The notes below the pieces were generated by a model. The model saw only the letters and a program-made list of their open reading frames with translations, was not told where the DNA came from and did not search any database. From contig CAWVRN010000015.1 of the NCBI GenBank assembly GCA_963932905.1, forward strand, positions 1-64,000: a DNA stretch of 64,000 bases. Direction: 5' to 3'. Source of the DNA: an uncultured Bdellovibrio sp. GTDB lineage: Bacteria > Bdellovibrionota > Bdellovibrionia > Bdellovibrionales > Bdellovibrionaceae. The position numbers and the translations under genes are program-made. Every line of letters begins with the position of its first letter. Positions within the stretch are counted from its first letter, which is position 1. Shown in pieces: positions 1-10,769 of the stretch.

Positions 1-199
1 CGAATGTATTACGAGTTAATTCGGATAATAATTTTTTTTGAAAAACTGTTTCAAGACAGCGCTTTAAAATTTCAGCTAAACAGCTGTCTTTCCAATAGAA
101 TTTAGCTTCTTAGCCGCAAGCTAAGGAGCCAGTTCTCGAAGCTTAAAATAATTGTCCACTGAAAACAAATCTGTCACGCTAGAACACAAGGAGTGAGTT

Positions 200-577
200 A
201 TGAATAAACAGATTTGGATTGGACGTGTTCTAAGTGGCCTTGCTATCGCATTTTTACTATTCGATGCCATCATGAAATTTTTTATGGATAAATTACCACC
301 CGAAGCCTTAGAAGCGGGAGCCGCTTTACAATGGCCAATGGAGAAAATGCCAACGGTTGGAACTATTCTTTTAATTTGCACTATCCTGTACGCTATTCCC
401 CGCACCGCTCTGCTAGGTGCTATTTTATTAACAGGCTATTTAGGTGGCGCGATTGCCAGTCACGTGCGCGTGGGCAATCCCCTTTTCACACACACTTTAT
501 TTCCGATCTATATCGCGGTCTTCGTCTGGCTGGGGTTGTATTTAAGAGATGCAAAACTAAGAAGTATATTTCCTTAG
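200..577 (+). CDS. DoxX family membrane protein
   Basis: 125 aa hydrophobic ORF with PRTALLGAILLTGYLGGAIASHVR motif typical of DoxX-like proteins; AAGGAG RBS upstream. Confidence 0.85.
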   Translation: MNKQIWIGRVLSGLAIAFLLFDAIMKFFMDKLPPEALEAGAALQWPMEKMPTVGTILLICTILYAIPRTALLGAILLTGYLGGAIASHVRVGNPLFTHTLFPIYIAVFVWLGLYLRDAKLRSIFP

Positions 578-612
578 GTTTCTACCGGCAGCAGTCAAGG
601 CTGCCGACCGCC

Positions 613-849
613 TTAGTGTTTGTGGTCGGATTCCTTCATTTTTTGGATAACGATTTCCACCGTCTGCAAATCAATTCTGGCCAGCTTCATTAGCTTAGAC
701 GCTGCTTTAAAATCATCAGAATCAATGGCCGCAAAAAATTCATCTAATTTGTCAATTTCGGCCAATTTTTCTAATACCACGGTACCTTCAAAATCACTTT
801 CGTCCATTTCAAAACCCCACTGAAAAAATTCTTTGTCAAAAGCTAACAT
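613..849 (-). CDS. hypothetical protein (acidic, ~65-78 aa)
   Basis: ORF between DoxX and helicase; plausible helical protein; start uncertain. Confidence 0.6.
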   Translation of the reverse strand: MLAFDKEFFQWGFEMDESDFEGTVVLEKLAEIDKLDEFFAAIDSDDFKAASKLMKLARIDLQTVEIVIQKMKESDHKH

Positions 850-908
850 AGTCGTCTAAAAAGGTAAAAATATTTACAGTCACGGACCAGCCAGACTAGG
901 ATAGATAA

Positions 909-2645
909 ATGTACAAATTGCGCGATTACCAGCAACAAGCCGTTAACAATGCGGTTAAATTTTTTCAAAAACGTCGCGAACCTATAGTTATTGTTTTACC
1001 TACCGGTGCAGGAAAAAGTTTGGTCATTGCGGAATTGGCGCGGATCGCTCGCGGTCGCGTGTTAGTCTTGGCTCATGTAAAAGAACTGGTCGAGCAAAAT
1101 TACGAAAAGTATAAAAGCTACGGATTATCAGCTGGTGTTTTTTCTGCTAGTCTAGGAAAAAAAGATTGGGACGACAAAGCGATTTTTGGCAGTGTTCAAT
1201 CAGTAGCTCGCGCTCCCGATGAATTCTTTGATAATTTTTCTTTACTTGTTATCGATGAATGTCATCGCGTCGCTGATGAGAGCGAAACACAATACCAAGA
1301 AGTTATTAAAAAACTACGAGATAGAAATCCTGATTTGTGCATTTTGGGCTTAACGGCAACACCCTACCGCATGGGACTTGGTTGGATTTACGAATTCAAT
1401 CAATCCGGCGAAATGAAAACAGATAAAAAGCGATTTTTCAAACAGTGTGTTTATGAACTACCACTGGCATACATGATCAAGAACAAGTATTTAACGGCTC
1501 CAGTAAAAATCGACATTCCCGTTACCAGCTATGACTTTTCGGAACTAACAGATAGAGATCGCACCTACACAACTGCCGAAGTTGAAGAGATTCTAAAAAG
1601 TCAAAAGCGTCTGACTCCGTTGATTATTAAGAATATTATCGACATCACTGAACGTTATAAAAGAAAAGGTGTCATGATTTTCAGTAGCTCGGTAAAACAC
1701 GCCGAAGAAATCATGACTTATTTGCCTGAAGGTGATGCTCGCGTTGTTTTGGGTGACACCGATATCAAAGATAGAAATGATATCGTAAACGATTTTAAAA
1801 AAAGAAAATTTAAATACCTGGTCAATGTCTCGGTATTAACAACTGGTTTCGACGCGCCTCACGTGGATGTGATTGCTATTATGCGCCCTACTGAATCGAA
1901 TAGTCTTTACCAACAAATCGTTGGCCGCGGACTTCGTCTGTCTGATCAGAAGAAAGATTGTTATGTTTTGGATTACACCGGCATGGGCCATGATCTTTAC
2001 GCACCTGAAATCGCTGACAAGCGGCCAAGCAAAGATACTGTTCCTGTGCGTGTTCCATGTCCTGTCTGTGAATTTGAAAATATCTTCTGGGGATATGCGG
2101 ACGATGACGGGAATTTGATCGAGCATTTTGGTCGCAAATGCAGAGGAGCGACTCAGGACCCCGTCACTTTTGATGTCAAACCGTGTGGTTTTCGATTTCG
2201 CTTTAAACTGTGCCATGCGTGCGGCAGTGAAAATGATGTAACAGCTAGAGAATGCGAAAAATGCAGTACCGTACTGATTGATGCCGATACGAAACTTAAG
2301 CAGGCTAAACTCTCTAAGAATGCACATGTTTTAACTCCCGATAGAATTACGTTTGAAGAACGCAAAGATAAAAATTTGAATCCTTACCTAGAAATCAGAT
2401 ACTACGATTATGATGGCCAATACGTCAGTGAGGCACATTTTTTTAATAACCCGTCAGCAATTAAGAAATTCAATATCAATTTTTTGCGCTCGCATTTACG
2501 TCGTCCTGAATTAGCTACTGATTTGGAATCGCCTTCAGATGTGATTCGATTTCAAAAACTGTTTCGCCTGCCGGCGTTTGTTATTGCACGCAAACAAGAC
2601 AAATACTGGAAGATCACTGAAAAAGTTTTCTCAGAGGAATTGTGA
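909..2645 (+). CDS. radD: DEAD/DEAH-box DNA repair helicase RadD/YejH
   Basis: LPTGAGKS Walker [17 protein letters not shown] motifs and C-terminal CxxC zinc clusters; N-terminus [12 protein letters not shown] typical of YejH. Confidence 0.9.
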   Translation: MYKLRDYQQQAVNNAVKFFQKRREPIVIVLPTGAGKSLVIAELARIARGRVLVLAHVKELVEQNYEKYKSYGLSAGVFSASLGKKDWDDKAIFGSVQSVARAPDEFFDNFSLLVIDECHRVADESETQYQEVIKKLRDRNPDLCILGLTATPYRMGLGWIYEFNQSGEMKTDKKRFFKQCVYELPLAYMIKNKYLTAPVKIDIPVTSYDFSELTDRDRTYTTAEVEEILKSQKRLTPLIIKNIIDITERYKRKGVMIFSSSVKHAEEIMTYLPEGDARVVLGDTDIKDRNDIVNDFKKRKFKYLVNVSVLTTGFDAPHVDVIAIMRPTESNSLYQQIVGRGLRLSDQKKDCYVLDYTGMGHDLYAPEIADKRPSKDTVPVRVPCPVCEFENIFWGYADDDGNLIEHFGRKCRGATQDPVTFDVKPCGFRFRFKLCHACGSENDVTARECEKCSTVLIDADTKLKQAKLSKNAHVLTPDRITFEERKDKNLNPYLEIRYYDYDGQYVSEAHFFNNPSAIKKFNINFLRSHLRRPELATDLESPSDVIRFQKLFRLPAFVIARKQDKYWKITEKVFSEEL

Positions 2646-2862
2646 ACCGCAGGATTTACTTCTGTTCCAAATTCTTAATTAGTTTTTTCAAGTGAGTCCG
2701 AAGAGTTTTAAATTCTCCCTCATGCAACTTAGTTTTACAGGCGATCGCATGCTGAATGTCTGAAAAAGTGCATATAGCTTGTCCGTATTCAAACGCGACT
2801 CGCGGTAACATCAAAGTCATTTTGGATGTGGTTTAAATACGTAAGTTAGGTATACTGCTAAA

Positions 2863-3723
2863 GTGATGAAACGAAGAACGATACTCGCAGCGGCAAGTAC
2901 GCTAGCCGCTGCTTCCGCAGCTTCTATATTAACGAGGTTTACTATGTCACAGCGAATGCCTGTATTATTTATTGGTCACGGATCACCGATGAACGCGATT
3001 GATACAAATGCCTATACGAAAACACTCACTGTGCTAGGACGAAATCTTCCCAAACCAAAAGCTATATTGATGGTTTCGGCGCACTGGATGACCGAAGGAA
3101 CTTACATTACCGATATGAAGAATCCAAAAACGATTCATGATTTCTACGGATTCCCTCAAAAGCTCTTTGATGTTCAGTACCCCGCTCCCGGTAGTCCTGA
3201 AATAGCAAAGCTCATTCAGGAAACTGTGCTGAATCCAAAAATTCACGGCGATAAAGAAATGTGGGGCTTAGATCATGGAACCTGGTCGGTGCTTAGACAT
3301 ATGTATCCTGATGCGGATATCCCGGTGATGCAATTAAGTGTCTACATGGCTCAACCGCCAGAATACCACGTCAAACTCGGTCAGCAGTTATCGATACTGC
3401 GCGATCAAGGGGTGTTAATTCTTGGCAGCGGGAACCTAGTTCACAATTTGCGACAAATTAAATGGGAACCGAATGCGCAGCCATTTGATTGGGCGGCTGA
3501 GTTTGATGCCTGGCTAAAAGAAAAACTGATAGATCGTGATTTCAAGGCGGTTCAAAATGATTTTCATAAAACAAAAGCCGGCCAACTGAGTGTGCCAACT
3601 TTAGATCACTATCTTCCCATGCATTATATTTTAGGTGCATCGGATAATCGTGACGAACTTAAATTTGAATACGAAGAAATGCAAAACGGTTCGATTTCTA
3701 TGCGCAGTTTTCGATTGGGTTAA
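2863..3723 (+). CDS. ygiD: 4,5-DOPA extradiol dioxygenase (LigB family, YgiD); alternative start at 2944
   Basis: FIGHGSPMNAI, SAHW, TIHDFYGFP, GLDHGTW, GSGNLVHNL motifs. Confidence 0.9.
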   Translation: MMKRRTILAAASTLAAASAASILTRFTMSQRMPVLFIGHGSPMNAIDTNAYTKTLTVLGRNLPKPKAILMVSAHWMTEGTYITDMKNPKTIHDFYGFPQKLFDVQYPAPGSPEIAKLIQETVLNPKIHGDKEMWGLDHGTWSVLRHMYPDADIPVMQLSVYMAQPPEYHVKLGQQLSILRDQGVLILGSGNLVHNLRQIKWEPNAQPFDWAAEFDAWLKEKLIDRDFKAVQNDFHKTKAGQLSVPTLDHYLPMHYILGASDNRDELKFEYEEMQNGSISMRSFRLG

Positions 3724-3745
3724 TTTTAAATTTAAAAAATCAGAT

Positions 3746-4117
3746 TCATTTCACTTTACTTTTCGTAAGCAGTGTAAGCGCCCCGCTGACGCTTTCAGTG
3801 AAAAAATTTTGGTTTCCCTGATTGCTTTCATAAATAAACGCTTTCAGACTTTTACTGTCAATTGCCGAAAAATCACCGATGAATGCAATCTTGACCCGGT
3901 AGTTGACAGCTTTTTGAAGTAGCTCGCCTAACAGACCTGTTTTTAAATCGAAGAATTTATCTACGATATTGGACTTATGAAATATAACACGATTTACGCC
4001 CGCGTAAGATTGATCCATCATAATTTGCATAGCATCGTTCACACTGCCAACAATGATCCCTGAGCCAGTAACTTCAGCAATTTTCTTTCCATTGTATTCG
4101 TGAATAGCTGTCGCCAT
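3746..4117 (-). CDS. DUF4180 domain protein
   Basis: FFDLKTGLLGELLQK..NY..K.A..GDFS...SKSL..FIYESN.G motif. Confidence 0.85.
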   Translation of the reverse strand: MATAIHEYNGKKIAEVTGSGIIVGSVNDAMQIMMDQSYAGVNRVIFHKSNIVDKFFDLKTGLLGELLQKAVNYRVKIAFIGDFSAIDSKSLKAFIYESNQGNQNFFTESVSGALTLLTKSKVK

Positions 4118-4194
4118 ATTTTCCCCTAGCTAGTTTTTTTATATCTTATAGGTTTTATCTTGTAATAGCCACCTAGGACTGAAAAAATAGGCTC

Positions 4195-5121
4195 ATGTGC
4201 TATTCCGCGATGATCGAAGCCGACCTACGAAAACTTGAAAAACAATTTGGAGTAAAGATTGACTGGAGCAGCTTTGACGAAGCTTTTAATATTCGGTCAA
4301 AGTATTCACAATCCATGATTCCGTCGGGACTAGACTCCTATATAATTCAAAACGCTGAAACACCGTTGCAAAAACGCCTAGCTAAAATGGCTAAGGCCCA
4401 CTACCAAGCCGAAATTGATAAGTTTTCAGCAAAACTTAAAAAATACGAACAAGACGTCAAAGATTTTGAAGCCAAATTGAAAAGTGGATCGAAGATAAAA
4501 GACCTTGAAAGCAAACTACAAAAACGCCGCGAAACAGTTGAATGGCATAAAGAAAAAATAAATTACTATGAACGCATCGAAGAAACCGGAGCGCCACGTG
4601 TATTCCCTAATTTCTTTGCTCCCGTCATCGTCGATCAAGGTAAAGAAAAATTAGTTAAATTGATGCGCTATCACGTGTGTCCGAAAAATGGTAAAGAGCT
4701 GAATGCATTTAAATATAATTTGTTTAATGCTCGACGCGATCGTTTACTAGATTCTAGAACATGGAAACCTTTGTTCGGTAAGCAGCACGCCATATTCCCG
4801 TTCCATCGCTTTTATGAAAGCGTCGCCGGCGCAAATGGACAAGCCAAAATTATTTATTTTGAGCCCAAAGAAAAAGAAATTATGTGGTCTGCGGCCATTT
4901 ATGAAGAAGCCAAAATTGAGCCCGGATTTCTTAGGTCCTTCGCAGCCGTTACCGACGAGCCACCACCAGAAGTCGCAGAGACGGGTCACGATCGTTGCCC
5001 CGTTTTTTTGTCAGAAGATAAATTTGAATTGTGGTTGAACCCCACAGGTATTCCGAGAGAAGAACTGGTAAAATTATTAGACTCTAAGGTTCCTACTTAC
5101 TTCGAGCACAAAGCCGCATAA
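4195..5121 (+). CDS. SOS response-associated peptidase (SRAP/DUF159, abasic-site protection) with coiled-coil insertion
   Basis: Cys at position 2 (MCYS), FNAR, FYE, HDRCP motifs. Confidence 0.85.
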   Translation: MCYSAMIEADLRKLEKQFGVKIDWSSFDEAFNIRSKYSQSMIPSGLDSYIIQNAETPLQKRLAKMAKAHYQAEIDKFSAKLKKYEQDVKDFEAKLKSGSKIKDLESKLQKRRETVEWHKEKINYYERIEETGAPRVFPNFFAPVIVDQGKEKLVKLMRYHVCPKNGKELNAFKYNLFNARRDRLLDSRTWKPLFGKQHAIFPFHRFYESVAGANGQAKIIYFEPKEKEIMWSAAIYEEAKIEPGFLRSFAAVTDEPPPEVAETGHDRCPVFLSEDKFELWLNPTGIPREELVKLLDSKVPTYFEHKAA

Positions 5122-5215
5122 AACTGTAGAAAAATATTTCGTTTTTCTACCTATGCTATTTTCGTTAGCCTATGTAACCCATTTTCCCGTTTTCCCAATC
5201 CTCATTAGCTGGTGA

Positions 5216-6304
5216 TTATACTATGACAAGTTTTCGCGACATTTCGACGGCGCGCTCGACAAGTTGAAATGAGTTTTGTCGTAAGTATTCACTAGTTTTA
5301 ACATAGTCCATGTTGCGTTCCATTTGCTCTGCCGACCAGCCAAGCGAATGGCCAACATAAGGAAACGGCGGCGCTACAAATCCAAGCTCACCAAAAAAAT
5401 TTAGCATTTGACCAGCCACGGATTGAATATTGTCCTGTCCGCCCGTGATGATTAGCCCCACCACTTTATTTTGAATTAAAACACGATTGTTTACAGTGAT
5501 TTGATTTTGAACACTGTTAAGGCGCTCGGCCATTTTGTAATATAACGAACTGGCATTACCCCAACGAATTGGCGAAGACAGAATCACCACGTCGGCCCAG
5601 TGAACCATATTTTCATACACCGTCACCATTTCGTCTTTCGGGTCCATTTTTGTAATCGAGCAAGGCCATGTGCAGGCCTTCTCTGATTTAGAATAAAATC
5701 CTTCGCAATGTCTGAAGTTTAATTCTGACAATGACAGTAAGCGAGTTTCGACATCTAAGGAACTAGAGGCTTGATTCAATGCCGATTTCAAAAGATCTTC
5801 AGATGTCGAGTATCGTGGATGGTCTTTGTCCATCGCCGTCGTTGAAATGCCAAGGACACGAATTTTGCCCGGCTCGCGTTTTATTTCGCGCGCTAGATTG
5901 CTGCCGCCGTGATTGTAAACGGCGCGAACACGTTCAGATGGCTGTTTTAGATTGATAAACAAAGATGCATTTTCAATTTTAAGTGGAAACTGGGGTGTAT
6001 TTCCTGGCGCCGATGAAATCGGCTCGGCAGAACCTTCCCGAGCGATTCCCGTTTTATGATTGTATTCCCAGTAGTGCCAAGGACATTCGATACAACCTTT
6101 TTTTAGTTTTCCGCGTGATAGCGGTCCACCCATATGATTGCATTTATTGTTGAGCGCACCGAAGCTGCCGTCGTGATAACTTAAGACGATTTTCTTGCCA
6201 TCAAAATCTAGCTCTTTTAAAAAGCCATTGGATTCAAGTTCACGCAACAGTTCGTCTGTTTTTCCAACGAGCGTCCACTCGGAGGAAACACTATCAATGC
6301 TCAT
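5216..6304 (-). CDS. Rieske [2Fe-2S] domain fused to flavodoxin-like (NADPH-dependent FMN reductase/ISF-type) domain
   Basis: CNH...CPWH Rieske ligands; C-terminal CEG..S...C.WPC and SPIRWG flavodoxin-fold motifs. Confidence 0.8.
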   Translation of the reverse strand: MSIDSVSSEWTLVGKTDELLRELESNGFLKELDFDGKKIVLSYHDGSFGALNNKCNHMGGPLSRGKLKKGCIECPWHYWEYNHKTGIAREGSAEPISSAPGNTPQFPLKIENASLFINLKQPSERVRAVYNHGGSNLAREIKREPGKIRVLGISTTAMDKDHPRYSTSEDLLKSALNQASSSLDVETRLLSLSELNFRHCEGFYSKSEKACTWPCSITKMDPKDEMVTVYENMVHWADVVILSSPIRWGNASSLYYKMAERLNSVQNQITVNNRVLIQNKVVGLIITGGQDNIQSVAGQMLNFFGELGFVAPPFPYVGHSLGWSAEQMERNMDYVKTSEYLRQNSFQLVERAVEMSRKLVIV

Positions 6305-6375
6305 ATCAGATCTCCCATTAGATTCACTTTGGATTGAAAGATTCTATACAGGAAAATTTTCGGAGTCCAAATGAT

Positions 6376-6678
6376 TTACAAATATTGAAACCATTTATCT
6401 TTGATGGCTTGCTCGACATCAATTCCGCGATGTTTAGCAAATAGTATAGTCAAAGCCATTACATCAGCCACTTCGTCCCGCAAATTTTTCTCAAGATCGG
6501 CTGCCGTTTCTGACCCCACACGCGCACGTTGAGTTAGTTTCAAGTACGCCGAAGAAAGCTCGCCCATTTCTTCTTGAAGTTTTAAAAGGAACCAATCGTT
6601 ATCGCGCTTGATTCCAAATTTCTGCGCATAGATATCGCTGACTTTACCAAGCTGCTCGGAAATTTCTTTTAAATTCAT
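6376..6678 (-). CDS. MazG-like nucleotide pyrophosphohydrolase
   Basis: KLQEEMGEL...DEVADV motif. Confidence 0.8.
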   Translation of the reverse strand: MNLKEISEQLGKVSDIYAQKFGIKRDNDWFLLKLQEEMGELSSAYLKLTQRARVGSETAADLEKNLRDEVADVMALTILFAKHRGIDVEQAIKDKWFQYL

Positions 6679-7109
6679 TATTTTTTGCCTTTGCTCGCAT
6701 TAAAAGCGGCGGCTTCTTTAACCAAAGCTTTGAACGCAGTCTCGTTTATTTTTTCACCTTCTTTAATGTCGATCGCACGACGAGTGTTACCTTCCAGACT
6801 GGAATTAAAAAGTTTTTTGGGATCTTTTAGTTTGGCACCATAGGCAAATGTTAACTTAACGACCATTTTGTATGTTTCGCCCGTACAAATGATTCCGTTA
6901 GAATACCAAACAGGAACACCTGCCCATTTTAAATCTTCGGTAACATTGGGAAGCGCTTCTTTTATCAGTGAACGCATATGGGCCACGGTCGTTCCACGCC
7001 AGTCCTTCTGTTCTTTGATTCTTGCATCGACTGCCTTTGAATTTCCGGCTGGACTAACCACCGTTTTTTTCACGGTTTTCTTCACCACTTTCTTTGCGGT
7101 CTTTTTCAT
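6678..7109 (-). CDS. DUF1801 (YdhG-like) protein
   Basis: DWRG..., KW.GVPVW..NGIICTGETYK..VKLTF..GA.L.DP..LFNSSLEGNTRRAID. Confidence 0.85.
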   Translation of the reverse strand: MKKTAKKVVKKTVKKTVVSPAGNSKAVDARIKEQKDWRGTTVAHMRSLIKEALPNVTEDLKWAGVPVWYSNGIICTGETYKMVVKLTFAYGAKLKDPKKLFNSSLEGNTRRAIDIKEGEKINETAFKALVKEAAAFNASKGKK

Positions 7110-7264
7110 CGCTATGCCACCTTTGGGTTTTAATAGTCATATCTAATATAAGTCTCGTCAACAGGTCTAGATCAATATCTAAATATCGATCGCTAAATTG
7201 GGAAATTCTGGTGTTCAGAAATACCCCATTTTATTATTAAGTCACATCTATTTGAGGTTCCTAT

Positions 7265-7921
7265 ATGAATAAAATCACGTTGTTATTGTTGTCATTTGTC
7301 TTAACATATTCTCACTCTGCATTTTCTGCCAGCAGCGGCGAGGTTCCCTCACAAATTAGAATATTTTATGGCAAGGGCCTGGTGAACTCGACTGTTATCA
7401 ATGACTATCTAACTACGCAAAATCTAGATTCAATAAAAGATATAAATCGCATTGGCGTCGAGGTGGGACTATATACAGGTAACAACAAAATGTTTAATTT
7501 TGGATTAAAATACTACGCTGGCCAGAAAACTGTCGATGGTGCTGCTTCTGGTGAACACGGCACCGTAACTCAAGGCGTGTGGCAGTTTATAGGGCGCGCG
7601 ACCATCACACGCAAAGACACTCACTATGTAGATTTCCTACTAGGCGCTGGAGGCGCTTCACTGGCGTTTTTGCGCGAAACCGCAACAACACGATCTATGC
7701 TAGAAAGAACGAACCACACATCGCGCGCATTCACGACTGGGTTTTCAACCGGGTTTGGGTACAAACGTTTATATTTCTATCTTGAAGCGGGTTACGATTG
7801 GAATTACGTCGGCTCAATGGAGCAAATATCAGGTACCCTTGAGCCCTTTGACAAAATCGATATGTCCGGTCCCTACGCCACCATCGGTATCATGATTGAC
7901 GGCATACCGATAACTCCATAG
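7265..7921 (+). CDS. secreted hypothetical protein, probable outer-membrane beta-barrel
   Basis: N-terminal signal peptide; alternating beta-strand pattern with Gly and aromatics. Confidence 0.6.
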   Translation: MNKITLLLLSFVLTYSHSAFSASSGEVPSQIRIFYGKGLVNSTVINDYLTTQNLDSIKDINRIGVEVGLYTGNNKMFNFGLKYYAGQKTVDGAASGEHGTVTQGVWQFIGRATITRKDTHYVDFLLGAGGASLAFLRETATTRSMLERTNHTSRAFTTGFSTGFGYKRLYFYLEAGYDWNYVGSMEQISGTLEPFDKIDMSGPYATIGIMIDGIPITP

Positions 7922-8191
7922 GCGTTTCAACTTCCTTTCCTCAGATCAAATCTAATGTAGGTATGTATATGGACGGACGAGCCTATGTTTTTTTATTTTA
8001 ATCTGTATGTAGATGATATGTATCAGGTATATCGATAAACAGAGACCTTTAGCCCGTTCACCCCAATTATAACCTTAGGTTAATAGCCAAAAGCGTGTTA
8101 CACTGCGATCAGTTCAATAGCTAACTTTCAGAGTTCATGTCCATAGTGTTCATTTCCTCCTAAGTAAGCGCTCAAAGCCTTTGGAGGTATT

Positions 8192-8476
8192 ATGAGTAAA
8201 AAATTATACGTTGGTAACCTTTCTTTTTCTGTTGATGATCAAGCATTAGCAGACGCATTTTCACAATTCGGAACTGTTGAATCAGCTAAAGTGATCACTG
8301 ATCGCGATACTGGTCGCAGCAAAGGTTTCGCATTTGTTGAAATGTCTTCAGCTACTGAAGCACAAAATTCAATCGCAAAATTACACGGTTCTCAGTTTGA
8401 AGGCCGCGCAATGAACGTTAGCGAAGCAAAACCACAAGCCCCTCGTGAAGGCGGCGGCGGACGCGGTCGTTACTAG
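8192..8476 (+). CDS. RNA-binding protein (RRM), Gly-rich tail
   Basis: LYVGNL (RNP2), KGFAFVEM (RNP1); GGAGG RBS. Confidence 0.95.
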   Translation: MSKKLYVGNLSFSVDDQALADAFSQFGTVESAKVITDRDTGRSKGFAFVEMSSATEAQNSIAKLHGSQFEGRAMNVSEAKPQAPREGGGGRGRY

Positions 8477-8510
8477 TTTCTAATTCTATTTTACATTTAT
8501 AAGATTTTGG

Positions 8511-8537
8511 AAACCGATCCGAAAGGGTCGGTTTTTT
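8511..8537 (+). terminator. intrinsic terminator after RRM gene
   Basis: AAACCGATCC-GAAA-GGGTCGGTTT followed by T-run. Confidence 0.8.
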
Positions 8538-8553
8538 ATTTTCTGGGGGTTAC

Positions 8554-9027
8554 ATGAGCGTTCAAGTCATTTCTTTCAAGTGCGTACTTAAAAATAAGCT
8601 CGGCACCGTTATCAGTTCAACTTTCAATCGCGATGTTCTAACAGCTGGTCAAAATGACCCGACATCTATGCTTTCAGGATTAACAAAAGGTCTGCAAAAT
8701 TTAACCAAGGGTGAAAAACGATCGATCGCACTTTCAGCTGAAGAAGCTTACGGTCTATACGATCCCAAAAAAGTAGTTTTCTTTCCACGCAAGAAACTTC
8801 CAAGTAACACCAAAAAAGGCGAACTAATCAATATCGTCAGCAAAAGCGGCATTCCACGCGCTTACCGGGTGTTAGAAATTCATTCTGATTTTGCCAGTCT
8901 TGATGGTAATCATCCATTAGCTGGACAAGATTTAGTTTTTGAAATCGAGGCTATAGACGCCCGAGACGCCACCAACGAAGAAATTAATGAATCTCTGAAC
9001 ATGGTAGCGACTCAGTTACTGAATTGA
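8554..9027 (+). CDS. FKBP-type peptidyl-prolyl isomerase (SlyD-like)
   Basis: AEEAYG, DGNHPLAGQDLVFEIE...RDAT.EEI motifs. Confidence 0.85.
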   Translation: MSVQVISFKCVLKNKLGTVISSTFNRDVLTAGQNDPTSMLSGLTKGLQNLTKGEKRSIALSAEEAYGLYDPKKVVFFPRKKLPSNTKKGELINIVSKSGIPRAYRVLEIHSDFASLDGNHPLAGQDLVFEIEAIDARDATNEEINESLNMVATQLLN

Positions 9028-10002
9028 CGAATTGACGTTAATTACAACATTGCCGCGTTTGTGACGGCTCTGAACACATTTATGAGCCTCCACTATATCT
9101 TGAAACGCATATTCCTTTCCAATTACAGGTTTATATTTTCCAAGCTCTACCAATCGAACGAGCTCAGCAAGTCTCTGCGGCGATTCTTCTATTACGCCAC
9201 TAAAAATTTCTTGCTTCGAAAAAAAATTCCTAAGCGCACTGGTCAGCATTTGCCACAGACTCGCCGAAACTAAAACTAGCTTTCCATTTTTATGAAGGCT
9301 GTTTAGCAATTTCGACGTTTCTAAGTTTCCCACGGCATCGAAAATCACATCGTATTTAGAGCTCTCTTCCCAAAATTTTGTGCGTGCATAATCGATCACT
9401 TGGTCGGCACCTAGACTTTTTACGAAGTGTTGATTTTCATAGCTGCAAACAGCGATGACGTTGGCACCCAAAATTTTCGAAATTTGAATAGCGGCGGTTC
9501 CAACAGCCCCGGATGCCCCCACCACTAGCACATTTTGGTTCGGCTTCACCTTAACTCTATATTTTAAGAAGTCTAAAGCCGTTAATCCTCCAAACGGCAA
9601 ACAAACAATTTCTTGAAATGTTAAACGGGATGGTTTCTTTAAAACCACACCATTTTCAGAAACTTTAGAAAATTCCGCATGCGCGCCAAACTTAGCACCG
9701 GTAGTCGCCACTATATCGTCACCCACTTTGAAACGCGTTACACTTTCACCCACCGAAACAATTCTTCCTGCGAATTCTGTTCCTAAAATGGGCTGCTTCA
9801 TTTTGTTAAAACCAAAAAATATTTTTGCAAAGAATGTCATCCCGGCTGGCATAGTTAACGTTCTGACACGCCAATCAGCCGTTTGTACAGTGGTTGTTGC
9901 CACTTGTACCAAAACCTCGTCTTTCCCTATAGCCGGCTTTTCAACTTCCAAAATTTTTAAGTGCTCGACATCTCCGTACTGCGTGCAATGAATAGCTTTC
10001 AT
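9016..10002 (-). CDS. NAD(P)-dependent alcohol dehydrogenase / quinone oxidoreductase (MDR family)
   Basis: ILGTEFAG, GASGAVG, GADQVIDY motifs. Confidence 0.85.
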   Translation of the reverse strand: MKAIHCTQYGDVEHLKILEVEKPAIGKDEVLVQVATTTVQTADWRVRTLTMPAGMTFFAKIFFGFNKMKQPILGTEFAGRIVSVGESVTRFKVGDDIVATTGAKFGAHAEFSKVSENGVVLKKPSRLTFQEIVCLPFGGLTALDFLKYRVKVKPNQNVLVVGASGAVGTAAIQISKILGANVIAVCSYENQHFVKSLGADQVIDYARTKFWEESSKYDVIFDAVGNLETSKLLNSLHKNGKLVLVSASLWQMLTSALRNFFSKQEIFSGVIEESPQRLAELVRLVELGKYKPVIGKEYAFQDIVEAHKCVQSRHKRGNVVINVNSSIQ

Positions 10003-10664
10003 TAAATTAACTCCTTTGAATATTGTCGTTCTTCGTTAAATTCTTTCTCGATTCCATCTAAAACTAGGTCTAAACCAAAATCAAATTCAGCTGCAAATGA
10101 ATACCCTGGCTTCATATAGTAGTTCATTGTCATTTCCATCATGTGCGGAATAAAATCAGGTGGCATATCCGAGAAAATAGATTCTGACATTTCAGCAATA
10201 TCGTCGGAATTGCTCACCGGCAGACTGTTTTCTTGGACGGCAAAACCGAAGACATAACTATCGAGAATCGCGTACGCGTGAGCCGTCAATTTTAAAGAAA
10301 AACCGTTTTGACGAAATAAGCCTAGCATCTGGTCATGATGCTTCAATGTTTCTAATCCGGGGTTACGACGTGAATCTAATAGGCTGACCGCCCATGGATT
10401 TGCGTTTAGAACTTTTCTCAGTGAAACGCAACGATCACGTGCACTTGTTTTCCAATTATTTTTATCGGGCTTCCAGTCGATCAATTTAAATGCGTGGTCC
10501 ACAAGGGCACTTAAAATCTGATCTTTATTTTTAAAATGATAATATAGCGACATGGCTTCAATCTTCAGCTTACTCGCTAGTTTACGCATACTCAGGGATT
10601 CTAAACCATCCTTCTTTGCCAACTGGATAGCCGCTACAATAATCTTTTCTCTATTAAGAGCCAT
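10002..10664 (-). CDS. TetR/AcrR family regulator with TetR_C domain
   Basis: LSMRKLA..L.IEAMSLYYHF HTH; EFDFGLDLVLDG C-terminus. Confidence 0.9.
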   Translation of the reverse strand: MALNREKIIVAAIQLAKKDGLESLSMRKLASKLKIEAMSLYYHFKNKDQILSALVDHAFKLIDWKPDKNNWKTSARDRCVSLRKVLNANPWAVSLLDSRRNPGLETLKHHDQMLGLFRQNGFSLKLTAHAYAILDSYVFGFAVQENSLPVSNSDDIAEMSESIFSDMPPDFIPHMMEMTMNYYMKPGYSFAAEFDFGLDLVLDGIEKEFNEERQYSKELI

Positions 10665-10703
10665 ATTTAATATTCCTTTAGTATCAATAGGATAGCAAAC
10701 TAT

Positions 10704-10751
10704 TTGACTATCTTACAGTGTAAGTGTATCCTTACACTGTAAGATAGTCAA
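10704..10751. promoter_or_regulatory. double TetR operator (perfect 21-bp-arm inverted repeat containing two CTTACA-N-TGTAAG palindromes)
   Basis: TTGACTATCTTACAGTGTAAG-tgtatc-CTTACACTGTAAGATAGTCAA immediately upstream of the TetR gene. Confidence 0.8.
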
Positions 10752-10769
10752 TATAAAAACAACAACGAG

